Below, in pieces: positions 56,544-64,000 of a stretch of DNA of 64,000 nucleotides. Location: contig JAZQYA010000001.1 in the NCBI GenBank assembly GCA_045633245.1, positions 3,017 through 67,016 on the forward strand, in the 5' to 3' direction. Origin of the DNA: Candidatus Onthoplasma sp. GTDB lineage: Bacteria; Bacillota; Clostridia; Christensenellales; UBA1242. Each line of letters begins with the position of its first letter. Positions within the stretch are counted from its first letter, which is position 1. A program made the translations under genes and the position numbers. Below the pieces are notes generated by a model, which ran no database searches, had not been told where the DNA came from, and saw nothing but the letters and a program-made list of their open reading frames with translations.

Positions 56544-57083
56544 ATGGCAAAGAAAATTGGAGCAATCGTTAGTTTGTCAATTATCGGTATTTTGATTTTG
56601 ACAACAATTATTATGGCAAGTGTTAATGTTAATTACAGCATTGATTGTGCAAAACCTAAAGATGTTTGTGTAATTTATAACTCTAATGAAAGAGTTGTTG
56701 ATGCAGAAACTGCAAATAAAATCGTAGGTTTTATTGACAATGCAAGCAAGGAAAAAGCTTTAACAGCATTATTTAATGGTAACATTAACAAAGAAGCAAC
56801 TTTAGTGTTGGAAAGTAATGCTGGAAAAACAATTCCAAGCACATCAGGTTTTTATGTTAGATATTCTTATGAAAATCAACAAAAAACAAAAGATGCTGAA
56901 GGTAAAGAAGTTTATTACGAAAATTTAGTGTTTACTGTAAACAATCTTGAAGGTTCAAATGAAGTTAAGGTTTATTTAATTCCAGATGCAACCAACGCAA
57001 TGGTTTACACTCACTATTATAATCTTGAAGCGAATTTTAAAGCTTTATATGATTTCTTAGATGCAGCAGATTATGATGTTTAA
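56544..57083 (+). CDS. Membrane-anchored protein, unknown function
   Basis: Begins MAKKIGAIVSLSIIGILILTTIIMA (signal anchor). GGAG lies 6 nt upstream of ATG 56544; the ORF track starts at 56499. Confidence 0.65.
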   Translation: MAKKIGAIVSLSIIGILILTTIIMASVNVNYSIDCAKPKDVCVIYNSNERVVDAETANKIVGFIDNASKEKALTALFNGNINKEATLVLESNAGKTIPSTSGFYVRYSYENQQKTKDAEGKEVYYENLVFTVNNLEGSNEVKVYLIPDATNAMVYTHYYNLEANFKALYDFLDAADYDV

Positions 57084-57087
57084 AAAA

Positions 57088-57107
57088 AGGACAGATGTCC
57101 TTTTTTT
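57088..57107 (+). terminator. Rho-independent terminator
   Basis: AGGACA / TGTCCT inverted repeat followed by T7. Confidence 0.65.
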
Positions 57108-57134
57108 ATTTGCATAAGATGAGATTTTAAAATT

Positions 57135-57156
57135 AAAAAAACTTGCAAGCGCAAGT
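57135..57156 (-). terminator. Rho-independent terminator of acpP
   Basis: ACTTGC (57141-57146) pairs with GCAAGT (57151-57156), with a U-run on the minus strand. Confidence 0.65.
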
Positions 57157-57162
57157 TTTAAA

Positions 57163-57390
57163 TTACTTTTTAAGTTTTTTAATATAATTAACAACGTCTT
57201 CAACGGTTTTCATTGCCGCGATATCTTCATCTGGCAAACTAATTCCAAATTCATCTTCAAATGCCATGATTAATTCAACAACATCAAGACTATCCGCTCC
57301 CAAATCTTCAACAAGACGAGCACTCATTGTCACTTGTTCTGTTTTTTTGCAAAGTTTTTCTGCAATAAGTTCAACAATTTTTTGTTCCAT
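57163..57390 (-). CDS. acpP: Acyl carrier protein
   Basis: 75 aa. DLGADSLDVVELIMAFEDEFGI contains the phosphopantetheine Ser motif. Confidence 0.93.
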   Translation of the reverse strand: MEQKIVELIAEKLCKKTEQVTMSARLVEDLGADSLDVVELIMAFEDEFGISLPDEDIAAMKTVEDVVNYIKKLKK

Positions 57391-57553
57391 AATTGCCTCC
57401 TATTCTTCATTTTATAACATATATTTAAAAAAGTAAAGCAAATAAAAGATAATCGTCAAATATGCAACAAAAATTACAATTTAAAACAAAAATGGATATA
57501 AAAAATTATTTATTCATAATTTAGACTACTTGCAAAAGTGTTAAAATTATATC

Positions 57554-58492
57554 ATGAAAATTTGCAATGAAAATCCACTTTCTGAAATAAAAAAAATCAT
57601 ACAACAAAAAGCGAAATATCAAAAAGTTATGCTTTTATATGATAACACTGTTTCAACTGTAGAAATAGGTGAGATTTACAACGCAATCAAAGAGTTGTGC
57701 GTTTATAATCAAAGCAATATTTTAGAAGTTGAGAAAAATGAAATTTATAATGGTTATCGTTTAATAATTTTTTTTTGTGATGCTGATTGCTACTTGAAGT
57801 GCGATATAGACAATAGTGAATTTGTAAATATTTTTTTCCCAACAAATAGTTCAATGTTGCCATACTTTTTATCTAAGAATAACCAAATAATAAATGCGGA
57901 AAACTATTTAATAATTGATAAGCAGAAGTATGATTTTTCAATGCTATCAAGTATGAGTTTTAATATTTTTTTCCATGATTTTAAAAGGCTTATTAATGGT
58001 AATCACAAAGGGTGGAATTTTGATCTTGTAAATCAAATTTCGTGTGGGGATATATTTGAAGTTATCAAAAAAATTGAACAAGACACAGTTTTTTTAGATA
58101 TAGCTATTTTAAAAAAATGCGATATTGAATATAAACATCTTGTTTTTGTGGATTTGATTTTAATTGATGCAATAATAACCATGCTCTGTGGAATTAAATC
58201 TAAAAATCTTATGATGGTTGATGTTTACAAGGCGGGAAAAGATGATATTAAACTTATTGATAAATTTTATAAACTATACAACAATGAAACGTTTATTAAT
58301 TTTATTTTATTAAATTTTAATTGTGTTTACAATTATTGTTTAAAAGTTAAACAAAAAATAAAAGATTTAATTGTTTTTTATGAAATAACACAGGAAGATA
58401 TTGAAAAGATAATTGATAAAATAAAACTGTTTGCCAAAGAAAGTGAAGATGTTATTTCATATTTATATTTGTTTAATATTTTTAATGTTTAA
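57554..58492 (+). CDS. Hypothetical protein
   Basis: 312-aa ORF, very AT-rich, with no recognisable motif. Confidence 0.5.
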   Translation: MKICNENPLSEIKKIIQQKAKYQKVMLLYDNTVSTVEIGEIYNAIKELCVYNQSNILEVEKNEIYNGYRLIIFFCDADCYLKCDIDNSEFVNIFFPTNSSMLPYFLSKNNQIINAENYLIIDKQKYDFSMLSSMSFNIFFHDFKRLINGNHKGWNFDLVNQISCGDIFEVIKKIEQDTVFLDIAILKKCDIEYKHLVFVDLILIDAIITMLCGIKSKNLMMVDVYKAGKDDIKLIDKFYKLYNNETFINFILLNFNCVYNYCLKVKQKIKDLIVFYEITQEDIEKIIDKIKLFAKESEDVISYLYLFNIFNV

Positions 58493-58566
58493 GAGATGTA
58501 TTTTATTCGACAATAAGATTTAGAATGTTTATGTTTAAATTTTTAATACGTGCAATATAATTAAAC

Positions 58567-58986
58567 ATGAAGAAATTTATTATTGTTATGATTATGTTTT
58601 TAATTGTGCTAAGTGCTGTTCAAACTAAAAGCAATTTTACTTTATTAGATTATTTTTCTGGAGATTATAAAGTTTACACTTCAAACATCAATGGTGAAGA
58701 TTGTGTCAATTTGGGATTTTGTTATATGGGGTCAACCCCAGGTGAAGATTGTGTCATTGGAGAATGTATTACAATTGATAATCTTGAAGTCGCCTCGGCG
58801 TTGTCAACCTTAAAAGCAAGAGTTGTTAAAACTGAATATCTTGAAGATGGCACAACCATTATTTATGCCCACACGGGATTAATTCAAGAAGTTGTTGAAG
58901 TTTCTGGTGCTCGTGTGAATTTACAAATTGCAACTAGGGAAAATCGTTCAGTTATTGGCTGGCCTTTGATATTGGGAAGTTATTAA
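58567..58986 (+). CDS. Secreted or membrane-anchored small protein, unknown function
   Basis: 139 aa with an N-terminal hydrophobic signal or anchor. Confidence 0.55.
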   Translation: MKKFIIVMIMFLIVLSAVQTKSNFTLLDYFSGDYKVYTSNINGEDCVNLGFCYMGSTPGEDCVIGECITIDNLEVASALSTLKARVVKTEYLEDGTTIIYAHTGLIQEVVEVSGARVNLQIATRENRSVIGWPLILGSY

Positions 58987-59068
58987 AAAATTTCTTTTTA
59001 AAACAAAAAAATTTTAGTTTATGTATAAAAAACATAAAGTTGTCTATCATGTTCTTAGTGGAGGGAAT

Positions 59069-59659
59069 ATGGACAAAAATTACACACAACAAAAGAAAAA
59101 TAAAATAACAGTATACATCTATTCAATTATCGTTGCTTTGCTTGTAATTGCAAGTGCAATTACAATTGCTTTCGTTAATGCAAAAAACACATCTAATGAG
59201 GCAAGTGTTGGAAATGAAAACACTGTTCAAGTCGCAGCAACAATTTATGTTGTTCCAATGAAAAACTCAACAATAGCAAAAGATTATTCTGGCAGTGAAT
59301 TGCAATATAACAATACACTTAAGCAATGGGAAATTCATAAAGCAATAGACTTTTTGGCCAGTGATGATCTAAATGTATATGCCGTGAGCGACGGAACAGT
59401 TTCTAATGTTTACACAAATTATCTTGAAGGAACTGTTATTGAAATTAGTCATAGCAATGGAGTTGTTTCAATTTATAAATCTTTGAATAAGGATGTTAAA
59501 GTGTCTGTTGGTAATAAGGTTAATGCTGGAGCAGTTATTGGTTCAGTTGCTGAAAGTATGTCACAAGAATTAAATACGGGTGCGCATCTTCATTTTGAGA
59601 TGAAAAAAGATGGAAAATTTGTTAATCCAAACGATTATCTTGACTTGGGAATTAAATAA
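59069..59659 (+). CDS. M23 family (LytM-domain) metallopeptidase, membrane-anchored
   Basis: TM anchor, then HKAIDF, SDGTV and TGAHLHFEM motifs. GGAGGG lies upstream of ATG 59069. Confidence 0.8.
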   Translation: MDKNYTQQKKNKITVYIYSIIVALLVIASAITIAFVNAKNTSNEASVGNENTVQVAATIYVVPMKNSTIAKDYSGSELQYNNTLKQWEIHKAIDFLASDDLNVYAVSDGTVSNVYTNYLEGTVIEISHSNGVVSIYKSLNKDVKVSVGNKVNAGAVIGSVAESMSQELNTGAHLHFEMKKDGKFVNPNDYLDLGIK

Positions 59660-59670
59660 GTCATCAAATA

Positions 59671-59697
59671 AAAAAATGGACTTTTGTCCATTTTTTT
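59671..59697. terminator. Bidirectional terminator
   Basis: ATGGAC (59676-59681) pairs with GTCCAT (59686-59691), flanked by an A-run and a T-run. Confidence 0.7.
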
Positions 59698-59698
59698 G

Positions 59699-60310
59699 TT
59701 AAATAATAATGCTTGCAGGAACGGGTGAATAAGTTTCAAGCCAATCAGTTGGCGCTGTTGTCCATACACTGTTTGCGGCATTATTTGCTTTTTGAATTGT
59801 TTCAACAACAACTTCAATAGTGAAGGTTTTGTTTGCATCTTCGTTTGTTAGGGTTGTTGGAATTGTTAAAGCTGTGATGAAATCAACACTTTGATTGGCT
59901 GATATGCTTCCATTATAGTAATAATAAGTGTCGTCACCAGTAACCCAATCGTCTGTTGTGGTTGCGCTAACATTTGTTGTTGCACCATCTGAGTTTGTAA
60001 TAGTTAATTTGGCTCTCATCAATGCTTCTGTCATGTCTGTTGGCGCTTGAACACCAATTGCTTGGTCGTAAACTGTTCCAGGCAATGCATCACCAGCAAA
60101 TGTTAGAGAACTAGCAGATGCTCCACCTTGAGTGATGGAAATTGTAACAGGATCACCTAATGTGATGTTTCCAGTAACTGTTGCGTTTGCTGTGAAGAAT
60201 GCTAGTGTTATCCCAACTGCGATTGTAGCAACAAGTAATACTGATAAAATAGCTATTACGATTGTTGATGTTGAAACCTTTCTTTTTGTTTTAGTTTTTG
60301 CCATTGTCAT
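59699..60310 (-). CDS. TasA/camelysin-like secreted protein with a SipW-dependent-type signal peptide
   Basis: The N-terminus KTKTKRKVSTSTIVIAILSVLLVATIAVGITLAFFTANATVTGN matches the Lys-rich / hydrophobic / (G)TLAxFT pattern. AAGGAG lies 5 nt upstream. Confidence 0.65.
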   Translation of the reverse strand: MTMAKTKTKRKVSTSTIVIAILSVLLVATIAVGITLAFFTANATVTGNITLGDPVTISITQGGASASSLTFAGDALPGTVYDQAIGVQAPTDMTEALMRAKLTITNSDGATTNVSATTTDDWVTGDDTYYYYNGSISANQSVDFITALTIPTTLTNEDANKTFTIEVVVETIQKANNAANSVWTTAPTDWLETYSPVPASIII

Positions 60311-60394
60311 AATTTCTCCTTTTAGATATTCATATTTTGTGAAAAGGAAAAATTTTTATTCATTTTTTAAATCGATTTCAACATAAAAATTTAT

Positions 60395-60419
60395 AAAAAA
60401 AGAACATCCAAAAGGATGT
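60395..60419 (-). terminator. Rho-independent terminator of the PrsA-like gene
   Basis: ACATCC (60404-60409) pairs with GGATGT (60414-60419), with a U-run on the minus strand. Confidence 0.6.
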
Positions 60420-60427
60420 GCTTTTTT

Positions 60428-62356
60428 CTATATGCTTGTTTTTGTTGCTTTGATCTTAGTTGTGTATTTAGTTACCTTATGATCTCTTTTAGCTGATTCG
60501 GTTAAGTTTTCTTCATATTTGGTGTAACCATTATTTGAAGTGTACACTTCGTCAGAAGATGCAGGATAAACCAAATCGAACATCATATCAAAATAAGTTT
60601 TGTTTGTTAATGGGTTTATAGTTTTAGTATATAAATTAAAATCTTCTTCACCATCTATGTTATTATTTTGAATATAAGTTTTAGATGTGTCACCATAAGG
60701 GATATCAAAAGTGTTAACGTCGCCAACATAGAATAATAAATGAATACCATATTCGGTTATGCACAAATTATCCAAATCACTAACAGATGCCGAACTCATA
60801 TTTCCTGCTTTTACTTCAATAACTTGTTCGCCGTCAGCATTTTTGCCAGTCATAAGTTTGATTGCTTCGTTGTTAAATTCTTCAACCATGGCACTATAAC
60901 CATTTGTTCCAACAACATAAGGCATTCCTTGACTAAGAGTTGCTGTGTCACCAGTGAACTTAAACATGAATTGAACAAAGGCTGTTAACTTTTCTTCATA
61001 ATTTGAAAGGTTTTGAATTTGATTATATTCATCAAAGATTTCAGATAAGGTTAAAGCTTCAGCTTCCTCATCAACAAGACCGGTTTCTAAATTTCTAGGT
61101 TTAACTGTCAAACCAGCAATTAGTTGATTGTATTCTTTTTCATACTCTTCAGGATCTCTTTCTTTAATTTCTTCAATAAGTTTGATGTTTTCTTTAATTG
61201 AGTCAAAACTGATTAATGTGTGAATGAAATAACCAAATTGAGTGTCTGTTGTTGGGTGATATAGAACAGAGTTTCCATCTGTGCTAATATTTTTCATTTT
61301 GTCTTTATATGCATTGTGATCATTGCTGTATGTGTTGTAGTTTAATGTTGATAAATAATTATATTCTTCAACCAACAATTCAATGCTTAACTCTTCGTTT
61401 GCAAGATAGTGAGTGCGAATATTTTCTAAATATTGTGATTTGATTTGATTGTTGAAAGTTCTTTCAAAATATCTATTAAACAAACTTTCAGATGCCTTAT
61501 CATATTCTTTGCCATTTTCATCACGTAGATAATATTCATAGTTGATTAGATTTTTAGCAAATAAATCACGCGTTTTGTTATAAATAATGTTTGCATTTTC
61601 ATCTTCATTTAAAGTTAATTCATCCATGAAATGCTCAAAATATTTGGTTTTGATTTCATTTATTGTGTTCTTGATTGTGAAATCATTTAAATATTGTTCT
61701 GAGATGAGTTTTTCATAGTTTGCATCTTCTTCAGGAATGATGTATTCAATGTAATAATCGTTATATTCTTCAACTTTTGAAAATTCAGTTTCTTCAACTG
61801 ACTTTTTAGAGTAAGTTGAATCAGTGTAGTAAACTGTTCTTTCCTTAACTTCAAAATTTACTTCAGCACGTTTTGAATAAGAATAATCTTCAAGAAGATA
61901 TGCTTTTTCATCAGTTTTCTCTTCGTCTTCAGTTTCTTCAGTTTTAATGTTTAAAATCTTTTTTGCAGTTTTAACATAAGAAGACATCTGCTCATCTATG
62001 CTGTTGAAGATTTCTTGAACAACTTGATTTACTTGGTAAGGTGTTGGTTTATAGATATCATTGTGGCTTAAAGCGTATTGATACATAAGTTCACGATCAA
62101 TGAGCAAGTCAAGTGTGCTTGATAAAGCTTCTTCCTCTGTTTGTCCCATTTGTTGAACATAATATGAGTTGCCATAACTGTTATAAGCAGAAAGCAAGTC
62201 AAATCTTGTGATTTTTGTTTCATCCACAGTTGCCAAGACTTCGTTGTAATATTTAACCTTATTTACAGAAAAACCTGCACATCCTGTAAGGCAACATGTG
62301 ACAATCATTAAAAAGCAAATTAAAATAGCTGAAAATTTCTTCACGTTAAACTCCAT
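60428..62356 (-). CDS. Lipoprotein, SurA/PrsA-like foldase (parvulin-like region degenerate)
   Basis: Lipobox (LTGCAG). It has a SurA-N-like N-terminus and EYGIHLLFYVGD where parvulins carry GYHII. Its position directly downstream of mfd matches what I recall for clostridial genomes. Confidence 0.5.
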   Translation of the reverse strand: MEFNVKKFSAILICFLMIVTCCLTGCAGFSVNKVKYYNEVLATVDETKITRFDLLSAYNSYGNSYYVQQMGQTEEEALSSTLDLLIDRELMYQYALSHNDIYKPTPYQVNQVVQEIFNSIDEQMSSYVKTAKKILNIKTEETEDEEKTDEKAYLLEDYSYSKRAEVNFEVKERTVYYTDSTYSKKSVEETEFSKVEEYNDYYIEYIIPEEDANYEKLISEQYLNDFTIKNTINEIKTKYFEHFMDELTLNEDENANIIYNKTRDLFAKNLINYEYYLRDENGKEYDKASESLFNRYFERTFNNQIKSQYLENIRTHYLANEELSIELLVEEYNYLSTLNYNTYSNDHNAYKDKMKNISTDGNSVLYHPTTDTQFGYFIHTLISFDSIKENIKLIEEIKERDPEEYEKEYNQLIAGLTVKPRNLETGLVDEEAEALTLSEIFDEYNQIQNLSNYEEKLTAFVQFMFKFTGDTATLSQGMPYVVGTNGYSAMVEEFNNEAIKLMTGKNADGEQVIEVKAGNMSSASVSDLDNLCITEYGIHLLFYVGDVNTFDIPYGDTSKTYIQNNNIDGEEDFNLYTKTINPLTNKTYFDMMFDLVYPASSDEVYTSNNGYTKYEENLTESAKRDHKVTKYTTKIKATKTSI

Positions 62357-62426
62357 TTAGTAGTAATATAATAATTCTTGACTATTATAATAGATTTTAT
62401 AATAAAAGGCAAGAGATTTAAGGCAC

Positions 62427-64000
62427 TTAAGCGTTTAAAAACTCAATAAAATAACTAATTCCCGCCTGAATTGTGAAATTATTGGCATCAAGCAAAATTG
62501 TTGGAAGGGTTGTGTTTTCAAACCTAAAATAATTGTATCTCGTTGTTTTCTTCATCAATTGATTTATATCAATATCGTTATAGAAGGTTATTGCCATGCG
62601 AGTTTTGGTTATTGTGATAAGTTTTACCTTTTGCTTTATTGCCATGGCTTTTATTAAGGCAATATTTGTTAGTTGATGAATTTCGCTTGGAAGTTTGCCG
62701 TAAGTGTTTAATAAATCGTTTAGAACAGAACGAGCATTGTCTTTATTTGTGATATTTGAAATTTTTGCAATAATTTTAAGTCTTTCAGCTTCGTCAGCAA
62801 CAAATGAATATGGAATTTTTGAAGGAATTGCAATATCTATTTTTATTTCACGTTCAGTTTCAACTTTTTCACCTTTTAGTTTACGTAAGGTTTCATTTAA
62901 AAGTTTTGAATACATATCATAACCAATTTTAATCATGTGGCCATGTTGAGTTTTTCCAAGAAGTTCACCAGCCCCACGAATTTGAAGATCACGCATTGCA
63001 ATTTTAAATCCACTTCCGAGTTCTGTGTTTTCAGCAATGGCTTGAAGACGAGCAGTGCTTTCTTCAGTTAAGCGTTTTTCTTTATCATAAGTGAAATAAG
63101 CATAAGCTTGTTCTTGATTTCTTCCAACTCTTCCACGCAGTTGATACATTTGACTAAGCCCCAATCTGTCACTATCAATAACAATTAAGGTGTTTGCTTT
63201 AGGAAGGTCAACGCCGTTTTCAATTAAAGTTGTGGAAACAAAAACATTAGTTTCTCTATCATATAAGCGCTTCACGGCATTTTCCAAAGCGGTTTCACTC
63301 ATTTGGCCATGAGCAACGTCAAAATTAGCTTTAGGATTATTTAATTGTTCTTTTAGGTGATTGGCTAATTTATAAATTTGTTCAACATTATTAAAAACTA
63401 TTAAAACTTGACCATCACGATTAATTTCATCATTTATAGCGTTTAAAATAATATCCTCATTATAACCCATAACATAAGTTTTAACAGGTAGGCGATTTAC
63501 AGGTGGAGTGTTTATTATGCTGATATCTCTAATTGACATGAGCGACATACTCAATGTTCTAGGAATAGGAGTTGCAGAAAGAGTTAAAACATTAACATTA
63601 TTTTTAAGTTCTTTTATTTGTTCTTTAGCTTTAACCCCGAATCTTTGTTCTTCATCTAAAATTAAAAGCCCCAAATCGTTAAATTTAACATCTTTTGATA
63701 ATAATCTATGAGTTCCGCAAATAACATTTACACGTCCAGCTTGCAAATCTTCAATAATTTGTTTTTGTTCTTTTGCTGGAACAAATCTATTTAACATTTG
63801 AACATTAAGTCCAAAAGCTTTTGTTCTGTTTGTTGCGGTCATGTGGTGTTGAAGGCTTAAAATTGTTGTTGGTGCTAAAATTGCAACCTGTTTTCCTGCC
63901 ATAACAGCTTTAAACATTGCACGCATTGCAACTTCAGTTTTTCCAAATCCAACATCACCACAAATAAGCCTATCCATGACTTTCCCTGAAATCATATCGT
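62427..64000 (-). CDS. mfd: Transcription-repair coupling factor Mfd (partial; the N-terminus lies outside the window)
   Basis: Helicase motifs are DRLICGDVGFGKTEVA, LILDEEQRFG, LTLSATPIPRT and QLRGRVGR, with a TRG/D7 C-terminal region. The reading frame stays open to the window edge. Confidence 0.93.
   Translation of the reverse strand, partial: DMISGKVMDRLICGDVGFGKTEVAMRAMFKAVMAGKQVAILAPTTILSLQHHMTATNRTKAFGLNVQMLNRFVPAKEQKQIIEDLQAGRVNVICGTHRLLSKDVKFNDLGLLILDEEQRFGVKAKEQIKELKNNVNVLTLSATPIPRTLSMSLMSIRDISIINTPPVNRLPVKTYVMGYNEDIILNAINDEINRDGQVLIVFNNVEQIYKLANHLKEQLNNPKANFDVAHGQMSETALENAVKRLYDRETNVFVSTTLIENGVDLPKANTLIVIDSDRLGLSQMYQLRGRVGRNQEQAYAYFTYDKEKRLTEESTARLQAIAENTELGSGFKIAMRDLQIRGAGELLGKTQHGHMIKIGYDMYSKLLNETLRKLKGEKVETEREIKIDIAIPSKIPYSFVADEAERLKIIAKISNITNKDNARSVLNDLLNTYGKLPSEIHQLTNIALIKAMAIKQKVKLITITKTRMAITFYNDIDINQLMKKTTRYNYFRFENTTLPTILLDANNFTIQAGISYFIEFLNA

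Noticed and set aside
58567-59659. Interpreting the 139-aa secreted protein and the M23 peptidase as a sporulation SpoIIQ-type module
   Set aside because: The M23 active-site motifs are intact, whereas SpoIIQ is usually degenerate. No other sporulation genes are recognisable nearby, and the context is insufficient.

Overview
This is an AT-rich, gene-dense chromosomal segment that looks like a low-GC Bacillota-type anaerobe. Supporting signs are standard-code ORFs, AGGAG-type RBSs, a T-box leader, many lipobox lipoproteins and a SipW-type signal peptide. I found about 60 CDSs, one tRNA-Thr with a decayed half-copy beside it, and no rRNA, CRISPR array, transposase or integrase.

Main blocks:
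- 1-7.3 kb: housekeeping and miscellaneous genes, including two DegV paralogs, a RumA-type methyltransferase, TetR, an S1C protease and RadC.
- 7.3-24.8 kb: a roughly 17-kb surface-polysaccharide locus. It holds a priming sugar transferase, two Wzy/ligase-like proteins, Wzx, six GT2 genes and rfbACD with a separated rfbB. It ends in a DegT aminotransferase / class-I aminotransferase / ATP-grasp / GNAT cassette, next to the tRNA-Thr.
- 25.2-28.6 kb: a T-box (Asp specifier) controlling an aspS-asnS bicistron.
- 28.6-32 kb: an XRE regulator and lipoprotein module.
- 32-45.6 kb: a GT8/acyltransferase pair, a RelA/SpoT homolog with a degenerate HD domain and no ACT/RRM domain, a P-type ATPase, gltX and a ComEC-type MBL hydrolase.
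- 45.8-47.0 kb, the most interesting locus: a roughly 586-nt ORF-free, GC-enriched, apparently highly structured RNA candidate on the minus strand. It has its own near-consensus promoter and a terminal closing helix, and it runs straight into a small polytopic membrane-protein gene. It may be OLE/OapA-like or ROOL-class, or a new RNA; I cannot tell which without covariance models.
- 49.2-50.6 kb: a 6S-like nested-helix RNA candidate and an orphan 273-aa gene, lying between roughly 50-bp imperfect inverted repeats in the 3' UTRs of two convergent genes.
- 50.6-64 kb: uppP, ychF, cvpA, ftsH, a tandemly duplicated 84-86-bp leader, acpP, an M23 peptidase, a TasA-like protein, a PrsA-like lipoprotein and mfd (partial).

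All functional calls rest on motif recognition by eye. No database search was possible.
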